Part shown: positions 24,863 through 35,502 of the stretch, one piece after another
Numbering within the stretch: position 1 is the first letter of the stretch
Layout of the letters: the number at the start of each line of letters is the position of its first letter
Assembly: GCF_022539665.2 (NCBI RefSeq)
Contig: NC_081333.1
Span: forward strand, 3,100,001 to 3,164,000
Reading direction: 5' to 3'
DNA from: Daphnia carinata
Taxonomy: Eukaryota
DNA: 64,000 nucleotides
Made by a program: the position numbers and the translations under genes
The notes under the pieces: model-generated
The model's input: the letters and a program-made list of their open reading frames with translations, nothing else
The model's database searches: none
Told to the model about the DNA's origin: nothing

Positions 24863-25364
24863 AAGACTATAAGTTGATTCTGTTTTCAATTTACTTATGA
24901 AACAGTTGAAAATGCATGTCGAAAGGCTAAAATACAACAGCAGTTAAGCTTCGTTTTTTACAGCTAAGCAGAGGAGATAAGCATGCCATCAGGTGAGTGC
25001 ATGCCATCAGTATAAGTGTCATATCAAACTCAATTCGATTCACGCTCCGTATTGCGTTCATGTTCGCTATTCAGTCCCGGCGATTAGATATTCACTATTG
25101 CAACATTCTCGTATTCAAACAAATGCCTATACCTGTGTTTATTAAGTTTACGATTTTGAAGGTTAAATGTCAAAATGTTTAGGCCGTTTACAACGATATC
25201 AGTAAAAAGATAACAGAATTTGAAACTGTTGGCCAACGGCGCTTAATTGAACAAAAAGTAAGCAGATATATCTTTATCATTACCATTGAACTAGGCTATC
25301 CAACTGCACGGGGCTTTCGTGTTTTAGAACTGAATCTGATTCATAGGAAAGTGCAACAGCAAAT

Positions 25365-26624
25365 ATGGAACAACCTACCGAAGGTACGCATTTCAAACGC
25401 CGTATTTTAACTCTTTAAGAGATAATATTTAAGTTTCAAGGAAAAATTACAAGCCACATCTAACCCGGTGAGAAACCACTTTTGAGGCCATTAAAACTAA
25501 TATCTAATTTGTAAAAATGGAAATGCGACATAATATTGGGCAACATTTACTTAATCGTTGATTTGATTGGTTTCATTTTTTGCTTGCACCTGGACGGCAC
25601 ATCGATATGTAGCACCTGTGCCCCGCTATGACAGGGATGAGCTTCTCGGAAGGGGGACATTTGCCTCTGTGTACGGACTAAGTTCACACACGGTCGTCAA
25701 GAAAATTTTAAAAGATGGGATGGACAAAGTATTACACGTCAGAGAGGAGGAAGCAATGAGAAGAATGGATCACCCCAACGTCCTAAAATTGATAGGCGTC
25801 GCAGAAGACAATGATTTCAAGTAACCAGTTAAACATTAGCCTTAAAACAATTTTAATAGTTAATAATATTTAAACTCATCAGATATCTGGTACTTGAACG
25901 ATGTATGGGTACTGTTAAGGACTATATTACCGGTGATAAAAAGTTCGATGAAATGCCACCGGAGGTTGAAGCTTTGAGGCAAATGGCAAACGGACTAGCT
26001 TACATTCACTCTCAAGAGGTTGTTCATCGAGATATTAAGCCAGCAAACGTGCTCATTTCTTCCGGTTTTGTCCTAAAAATTGCGGATTTCGGGTGCTGTA
26101 AACCCACGGCGCCAGACGGATCTATGTCTGTAACTAGCGGCCCTAAAGGAACCAAGACTTATTTCGCACCGGAGTACCTGCGACTAGAGGTCGAGAACGT
26201 TACAGCTGAAGAAAGGAAAAACATTAGAGCAGACAAGTCAATCGACATTTTTTCATTGGGCTGCCTTTTCTTCACTTACATAGTTAACAAAGGAATTCAC
26301 ATTCATCTATTTGCAACCCCGGGACGGACATTTAAGCTTTCAGAATCATACGAAAGTAAAGTAGCTAATAATATTCTTAGCGACAAAAAATTTATGGAAG
26401 AAAATGGTACGTAAAAATTTTCATTTACCTCATGATTCAACTTTAGGTTTCCTAATGTTTTGTCTCGATAAGGAATGCCAAGAGGACACTATGCGTTTGA
26501 AATGATTGACGGAATGACTCAAGCTCTTTCTAAAAACCGCTGGCCTTTGGAAGACGGTGAACCTGGAATAAATTCAGTGCTCGGCACTATAAACACGGAA
26601 CTGCAACGTCAACAGTCGCAATAA
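25365..26624 (+). CDS. K9: IRE1-like stand-alone kinase
   Basis: Exons 25365-25383, 25613-25820, 25883-26406, 26473-26624. GRGTFA, VVKK, HRDIKPAN, ADFG, APE. Same intron positions as the paralogs. Confidence 0.87.
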
Positions 26625-27699
26625 TTCACCACACTTTCATATTCAGATCAACAGATTTTTGAAAAATCTTATTAGTAAAGATGAAACGTTTAGACACACT
26701 AATCGTGTGACATGACTTGTTTCGTCTTAGACATCTTTTAGTAGCCCCATTCTTATGCTTATCATGTATATACCTCATTTACTCGGCTAACGCCAATCTC
26801 CTGGGTCGATCCGGATGTTTGTGCGATAGCTGCAAAGTATCCTCGCGTAGAAACTTGAGTAGCTATCTCTTACTGTGTAGTAAAATAACGAAATCAATGA
26901 TACAGCATTACCTAGAAATTGTTACGTGATGCAAACACTTGACAACAGATCCAAAAATTTTGCCCTACCTGAAGACCTGAAGCCTGCTAGGTCAAAACCC
27001 TGAAGAGAACTAGCCATGCACTATCTGAAATCAGTTATGCAACCGACAGGTAGGAGACGAACTGTTCTGTCTACAGCTAGCAACTGAAATGGCCCATTCT
27101 CCGAACGTTCTAGACTCTTCGACCTTTCTAGATGCTTGCCCTGCCTCTTGCTTCCTTTTAAAAAGGGGGAAAGGCTAGAACTAGGAAACGAAAAAGTTTT
27201 GATGTTGTTTTTCGAATTCCTTTCAGGGGGTGTAGGTAAGCAATTTCTTTTCCAAACGTTCAGTTTTCGTGGACGATCAGTTAATACATAAAGTTGAGGG
27301 CTTTTCTACAAACGTGGAGAAAGAAATGTCGCATCCATTTTAATCGTTTCAAACCAATCGTGTAAATGAAATCCGTGTAAATTATGATCGACTAAATTCT
27401 TGTTTACGCGTCCTTTTAACAAATCATAATCTAGATCAAGATAAATGTGGCGTAGTAAAACGAATCTCTCTGAAGACAGCACTTTGGTAAGTAACTGCAG
27501 ATTTAAACTTTTAAAAAAATGGGGTCAGAAAGAGGGAGGATATTGTCGAGAACTGATATTGCTGGCTAAACATTTCTAGTAAATATCCAGATCATTTCAC
27601 TTTACAATTGGCTCGTTCAAGGTTCACTCGTTCCCCCCGCAAAATCACCGTGAAAACGCTTCATTCGTTATTAATTAAACGAAGGGTCTTATTAATCTT

Positions 27700-29870
27700 A
27701 TGGTGATGGAGAAAGGATTTTCGAAGCCAGACAATCTTCTTTTGAGCGCTTCTTATGGAGCTGTGATCAACAGCCCAATGACTCAACTCACTAGCGAGGA
27801 TACCTGGGCTATCGTTGATCTCGTGGACGATTCTAAAAAATGGGCAGGTAAGTTCGGTCATAGCAATTTAAAAGTAATTGAATTGTTATCTAAATATTTG
27901 CTTTGAAAGATATGACCCCTAAAGAGAAAATCCTTCGTGTTTTCGGCAATGGATTCAAAATATTGTCGGCCCTCAGTTTACTTTATTTTTTCATTTGTTC
28001 GCTGGATTTATTGGCCAGCGCCTTCCGCCTCATTTCCGGGGAAACTGCCGGTGAATATTGACATGTTTGAATTGAATTAAATCAGCATTATATAAACGCT
28101 TTTTATTTTTATCGCAAAGGAACGATATTTCGACAGAACGAACTTATGCAAAATCCATTTGTCGGACTGATGATTGGCATTTTAGTAACAGTTCTCGTTC
28201 AGAGTTCCTCCACATCCACTTCTATTGTGGTAAGCATGGTCGGTACCAATGGTAAGACAATTATCACTCAATACACCACGTTTATGATATTAAATCACTT
28301 TGTTGAGCAGTTTTAACAGTGGGAATGGCAATTCCAATCATCATGGGGTCGAACATTGGAACTTCGGTAACTAACACTATCGTCTCGTTCGCTCAAATTG
28401 GGAACAAAAACGAATTCCGAAGGGCATTTGCAGGCGCTATCGTTCACGACATTTTCAACTGGCTAACAGTTTCCGTTCTCTTCACAATCGAAATCCTTTG
28501 CCGTAAGTAAAAATATTTAAATATTAAATAAAGGTCGATTGCATTAATTGATTTATTACATTCAAAAGAACCAATTTTTGGTATCGGTTACCTGGAGTGG
28601 TTGAGTGGCATTGCGGTTGGCAAAATCAACAGCTCCTCTTCTACAGATGGAGAAATTAACATTTTAAAAGAAATAACCGATCCTATTGTAGGCCTTATCA
28701 TACAGGTAAAAAATTGCAATACCGAAAATTAGCGATTATTAATTCTAAAATACATTGTATTTAGGTTGATCCGAATGTTATTAAAGGATGGGCCAATCGC
28801 GATCCAACTTACGAGAATGCTTCACTGATTCGGCATTGTGGAGGCAATATCACCGACCCCATCCCGTGTGGTAAGTCACTCTATCAACATTAAAGATAAT
28901 TTTCTTTAATAAAATATTTATCCTAAATTTCAGATGGAGTTTTCATATTTGAAAATACAACAATGAAGGACTGGTCCATTGGATTGATTCTTTTAGCTAT
29001 TGCACTATTCGTTCTGTGTGGCAGTATGATCTGCCTGGTAAAAATCCTCAACTCAATGATGAAAGGTAATTTCCTTTTCTCTCACTGGAATTGCAGATAA
29101 TAAATATTTTAAAATGTACAGGACATATTGCCAACGTTATCAAACACATCGTCAATGCCAAAATACCTTACCTTCCTTGGCTAACGGGTTACATCGCTCT
29201 TCTCGTCGGAGCTGGGATTACATTCATCGTGCGCTCCAGTTCGGTTTTCACTTCAGCTCTCAATCCGCTCATCGGCATTGGTTTCATTTCCATCGAAACA
29301 GTTTATCCGCTGACTTTAGGATCAAATGTAGGCACCACCACAACGGCCTTACTTGCAGCTTTCGCAGCTTCACCAGACGCTCTGCACAACACGTTGCAAA
29401 TTGCGCTTGTTCATTTGTTCTTCAACGTGACGGGCATTTTACTTTTCTATCCCATTCCGTTCATGCGTTTACCCATTCCGATGGCCAAGTTCTTGGGCGA
29501 AGTGACTGCCAAGTATCGATGGTTCGCAATTGTTTCTCTTGTCGGCATGTTTTTCGTTTTACCGGCCACTGTTTTAGGTCTTTCCATTGCTGGAACTGTC
29601 GCACTACAATGCGTCGGTATTCCTTTCCTTATCATAATTGTAGCAACGGCCGTTATCAATATTGTACAGAAGAAACGTCCAGCTTTGCTGCCACCGGTGT
29701 TGAGGAACTGGATGTGGTTGCCGGAATTCTGTCGATCGTTGGAGCCTTACGACCGTCAGCTCTCCAAACTATCCTGTTGCAATAGATTTAGCCAGGATGG
29801 AAAGGAAAAGACAGTTAATGTTAGAACAGAAGTTTCATCAACTCCTCTTTCAAATGACTCCATTCCTTGA
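27700..29870 (+). CDS. SLC34 (NaPi-II) sodium/phosphate cotransporter, paralog 1
   Basis: Multi-exon. [82 protein letters not shown]. Confidence 0.92.
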
Positions 29871-31365
29871 ATGAAAACCATGAATATTACTGACCGAAAC
29901 TGATGTTACCACGATGCAATAGATCAATATTTTAACGTACCCTTTGCTTCTTATTGACACAATACATGTGTTTTTTAAGAATTCTACTACACCACAACAC
30001 GCAAGATGATTTCACACTTACCTTATTGCGGTTCCAGCGATGGAGAGGTCTAGTCGTTTAAATGGTAGGTTCTTTGCCACCTGGAATAAAACGCAAGGAG
30101 CTTAACTACCACGCAATAACTGATGTTGCATTTCTTAAATTATGGAAAATAATACCTGCAGTAGCGTTGGCAAAGAATTCAAGATTTCTCATTCAAATGT
30201 TAGAGCACTTAAAAAATTTGCTGTTTTTCAGCTAAGACCTTGTTCAACGACTGTATGGCGATTGTAAGAGCAGTCCACAATAAGGCATCGTTATGAAGTG
30301 TCGCATTACCAAGGTAAATTCCCAGTGGATATTGTTCAAAGAATATAAGAAATGAATGGACATTATACTCCAGTTAAACGAAGGCTTGACGTCGGCCCGA
30401 ATTCTCAAGTCAAATTCACAATATCTCAAGTTAGTATAAAGAACCAAAGCAAAAATGAGGTACACTAGTGAGCAGCTAACGGGATACGAGCGATTCAATA
30501 CCTTTAATTTATGCACTTATAGTTACCAATGCAGAAAACCTGAAAACAGTAAATCTATATTACTTGGGGATGGAATTTTCATTCTGTAGCATTGGACGTA
30601 AGACTAGCGTATGGGCCCAAGGGATTGCAAATGCCGATTGTACAGGTGAGAGAAGATGGACTTTAAAAAACGAAATGCTTCTAAATTGCAAATGCATTGC
30701 ATGGCATCACATTCTATCATTGTGCAGCCCTCAGCTAACAAGCACTCGCAATGTTATCCGTCCTTTCGCGGCAGCCCCGTTAAGTGAAATAAAAAACGAG
30801 TTAAGTGAAAATGTTACGTCTCTTCCTTTAGGTAAGTCTTACCCATACGCAATCACATAATTTTCGATTTAAAATAGTTTTTTTTAGCCCTAACGATCCG
30901 CTTTTTTTTGCGACAGTCAAATGGGCAAAGCGAGCATTGCCTCAATCAAATGTCGTCGGTTGGCAATTTCGAGTTTAGTAAGGTCCCATTAGTTTCAATC
31001 AAATTCGGTAAACAATAGCGAACAAACTACATCCGGTATTGTGTTACTGTTCAGTGAAAATAAAGTTAGCGACGGTTGAAAATGGACTACGTTTTCCAGC
31101 TGACTCACAGGATAGATAGTCTAGCACTAGATAAGCATTACAATAGAAACGCCAAATAACAGAAGGTTCTTGTTAGTCTGTGCAAACTCAAACCTGGTAG
31201 GAGGGTTCCTATGCTGATAGTGTGCAGACAAACATTTGAGTTCATCCACAGTTGATTTTTGAGCTTACAAGTTCAACGTTTTGCATTCTTTGGACGTAGC
31301 AATTTCGTCTGTGCAAGAACGAGTGCCTCGTATGGAAGCTGCAATATTCAAAGTTTGTTAATGCA

Positions 31366-33572
31366 ATGATTAAATTCGATGGCGAACAAAGTAGTGAAAG
31401 GAGACAGTGTTTTAATGTGTCCTATGGCACTTTAAGGACCGTCACGTCGATGGAGCCAGCAGACGAAGATCCTTGGGCGATAGTGGATCTAGTAGACAAT
31501 TCGGAGAAATGGGCAGGTACGTAATTTTAGATTTTGTCCATGAATTTTAAAAAGAATAACGTCTTTATAGACATGAGCACAAAAGCCAAGGGAACTCGAA
31601 TTCTCAGCAATACGATCAAAATCCTTTCTGTTGCTGGATTCTTGTATTTCTTGATTTGTTCACTGGATTTGTTGGCCAGCGCTTTCCGCCTGACATCCGG
31701 AAGAACTGCTGGTGGGTTCATTCCATTTCAGTTATAATCATTTTGACTCAACTGATTCCCTTTTTAAAAGGTACAATTTTTCAGCAGAGTCGATTGATCC
31801 AAAATCCTGTTGTTGGATTGATGATCGGGATTTTAGTTACGGTTCTTGTCCAGAGTTCTTCCACATCTTCTTCCATTATAGTAAGCATGGTCGGAGCTAA
31901 CGGTACGAACATGTTCTGTTCTCGAGAAGAAATCGATGCATGATGTAATTAATTTGTTCTTCGTCCAGTTTTGACAGTCGCACTAGCCATTCCAATCATT
32001 ATGGGAGCTAATGTGGGCACCTGCGTTCCCAATACGATCGTTTCCTTTGCCGAAATTGGAAACAAAAACGAATTCCGGCGGGCATTCGCTGGAGCTATGG
32101 TTCATGACATTTTCAAATGGATCACGATGCTGGTTCTATTTACCGTCGAAATCCTTTGCCGTAAGCTCTTTCTTCTATTCAATCACGAGGACATTTCTTC
32201 TACTTCATTTGGTTGTTAAGATCCTCTATTTGGCGTTGGGTATTTGGAGTGGTTAAGTGGCATCGCAGTACAAAATGTCAATAGTTCGTCCACCTGGAAG
32301 TATGAAATTTCACTGTTGAAGGAAATGACGGACCCTTTCGTTGATCTTATCGTACAGGTGTTTGAAAATAAAATGATTTTTAATCAAGGTACTGTTACTA
32401 ATCGTTGACGCTAATTTATTAAAGCTGGATCCAGAAGTTCTTAAAGGCTGGGCAAATGACGACGTCCAATATGAAAATTCTTCACTAATACGACGGTGTG
32501 GTGGCAATATCAGCGAACCTATACCATGCGGCAAGTTTTTGTTGAACACCTTTTTGCATTGCAAATATCGTTAAATAACAACGTTTCACTTTCAGATGGG
32601 GTTTTCGTTTTTGAGAATACAGGAATGGAAGACTGGGCCATCGGTTTGATAATCTTGTCGATTTCGCTCGTTGCTCTCTGCGGCACTCTGATTTGTCTTG
32701 TGAAAATCCTTCACTCAATGATGAAAGGTAAATCTTGAAATTTGAATTCCTAAGCACAGTTTTGGTAATAATTAAAATGTAAAGGGCACATAGCCAACGT
32801 CATCAGGCACGTGATTAATGGCAATATCCCTTACGTTCATTGGCTAACGGGCTACATTGCGCTTCTTGTCGGAGCCGGGATGACTTTCCTTCTTCGTTCC
32901 AGCCTAGTGTTTACCTCGGCACTCGATCCTCTCATCGGTATGGGTTTCGTTTCAATCGAACGAGTTTATCCATTGACTTTGGGATCCAGCATTGGCTCCA
33001 CTGCAACTGCTCTTCTTGCAGCCTTAACAGCTTCACCGGACGCTCTGCATGACACGATGCAAATAGCGTTTGTCCATCTGTTCTTCAACGTGACGGGAAT
33101 TTTACTCTTCTATCCTATTCCGTTCATGCGTTTACCCATTCCGATGGCCAAGTTCTTGGGCGACGTGACTGCCAAATATCGATGGTTTGCCATGTTTGCT
33201 CTTATTATCATGTTTCTCATTTTACCAGCCACTGTTTTGGGTCTCTCGATTGCTGGAACTGTCACACTACAGTGCGTCGGTATTCCGTTCTTAATCATTG
33301 TGATTGCTGTTGTCATCGTCAACATCTTTCAAAGCTATTGTCCATTCATGTTACCGCCTGTTATGCGAAACTGGTTGTGGCTCCCACATTTTTGTCGATC
33401 GCTAGAGCCGTACGACCGCCATTTCACGAAATTCCCATGTTGTAACAGAGTTGAACAGCGGGAAAAAGTTACATGTAGCGTTGTTGTTGTAAATGATACG
33501 GGGACTGTAATTACTTCGGCTTCGTACCAGTCAACTACAGAAAAAGACCGAATCTTTGTTGATAAATCGTGA
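31366..33572 (+). CDS. SLC34 (NaPi-II) cotransporter, paralog 2 with degenerate signature motifs
   Basis: Same exon structure as paralog 1, one GC-AG intron (32531-32595). [38 protein letters not shown]. Start codon is a best guess. Confidence 0.88.
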
Positions 33573-33907
33573 AACAATTTTCTACTGCCGCCCTGATTGT
33601 AACGACTAAAGAAATATGTATACAGACCTTGTTTGTTTTACCGAATCGTAAACTGTGCGCCTCAAAATTTCAAAGCAGAGAGGATTACCATTGGCCGCTG
33701 TAGCGATTCGTCACTTGGCTGTGTTTAAACTAAGCGCCACTGCACCGTGAATCGTCTGCTGTGCCTGTTTGTAAACAAAAACAAATTACCGTTACATCTG
33801 CAAATTTTTCGATAGCTTTTATCGCGATCTCCCTTTCACCCTTCATTACTTTGTTCTTACAAATTGTGTGATTGATTTCCCCAAAGTGTATTTTCCTCTT
33901 AATCATC

Positions 33908-34886
33908 ATGGCTTTTCTGAAAGGACTACTCCAGGAAACAAGTTTAAGAGTAGGTTGGCCCACGATGCCAGTGTTTCGAGTGCAGCAATGTTTACGGTAG
34001 GACATTCGTTAGCGTTTTTAATTTACGTGCCTATATACAATACAGTCGTCCACTTCGAAAAAAATGATAAATCGTTAAAGTATTCACATGGTGTAGATAC
34101 AAGAGTAGTGAATGTTCCAAACATGGAAAGCTTTCTTTGGAATTGGATGGCTACACACTCCGTAAAGCTGTAAAGCAGGATTGTCAAGCAATTCATAGCC
34201 TCATCCAAGTAAGACAGTATACAAACAAACATTACTCTTTTTTCTTTTACAAGAAATAATCAAGCAACCCCTGTGTAATGTTTAAGGAACTGGCAAATTG
34301 TTTAAAGATGCCCGATGCTCCCCAGATTGATGCTAAAGGCATGGCTGCTTTCCTATTTAGTTGCATGAATTTTGTAAAATTCTAAATGTTCTGTGTATAC
34401 TACATTTCACAGCTCTAGAAGTAGACGGGTTCGGGGGACGTAGCTTTTACGAAGGCTTCGTCGCCGAATCCCACAAGTTGAATCAAGTTGTGGGTTATGC
34501 TGTATACTATTTTACATATTCTACCTGGCAAGGTAAATCACTCTACATGGAAGACATGTACATCAGACCCGAAGACCGAAAAAATCGAATCGCTGTATCG
34601 TTTTTCCATCTCGTTTCTCAAGTAAGACAACTAACAACTATGTTTTGAATAAATGTAAACAAAAATGAACTCTACCTGTAATTTAAAGGCAGCCTTAATT
34701 GAGAACTGCAAGAGGCTGAACTTCTGTGTCCTCGAAAACAACAAACCGGCTGCCAAACTGTTCCAATCGTTGGGTGCTGTGGACCTAACACTGAAAGAAG
34801 GTTGGCACTACTATCGCATTCCACGTCTTGGCATCGAAGAGCTTGCCAAACCTTCGATTATTAGCACATTCAATTCTCAAATTTAA
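33908..34886 (+). CDS. GNAT acetyltransferase, diamine/SSAT (SAT1/SAT2)-like
   Basis: Exons 33908-33996 (tentative), 34097-34208, 34287-34338, 34413-~34621, ~34689-34886. LRKA..DC..I..LIQELA, DGFG, VGYAVYYFTYSTWQGKSLYMEDMYIRPEDR, VLENNKPA. Confidence 0.85.
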
Positions 34887-35502
34887 ACTTATATAAGTTG
34901 TAACACGCCGTAAAATCAAAATCATTTTGCAAAGTCAGAAAGATCGTTATTTTTGTATTATAAACAATTAAAAATTGCAGAGAAAACGAAATGAGCCATA
35001 TGTTTATTGATCAGAACCAGACGCCAGTCACTGCCAAATAAAGTGAACACCTTATCATTACCAACAATCGGAATAAAAATAAACAGTGAGTTGAGCGTCC
35101 AATCTGCTATACGCTACTGGAGTGGCAACTGGCAAGAAGCGATGAAAATGAATAACCAGGAAAGGCCGGTCCGACTTGCAATTGACAAGAAACATCATAT
35201 GGAATTTCCAAAAAAAAAAAAAAAAAAAGCCCTCCTTATATTTAAGTATTGAACGGGAAAAAACAAAGATTTAAAAGAGTTGGCATTAGAGATTAGTTGC
35301 AAAACTAAAAGACTTTTGGCTATGAAAACGATGAATTCCCTTTTTTTTGCGACTGTTTGTTTTGAGTAGAAAATCACTGGAACGTCGCACACATTTCTTC
35401 CTTCGTTTAGTATACAAAATAAAACAAACAAAACGTGTTTTCACGTTACAAATGCGAGTCACACTAGAGAGCCTTCCAAACATTAAACAAAGACGATCGT
35501 AA

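Noticed and set aside
1..26624. Calling the kinases canonical IRE1 or RNase L
   Set aside because: No signal peptide, luminal domain, TM helix, ankyrin repeats or KEN RNase exon; stop codons follow subdomain XI directly.
30244..30860. Short ORFs between the two SLC34 genes
   Set aside because: No recognisable domain and no consistent exon chain could be built.
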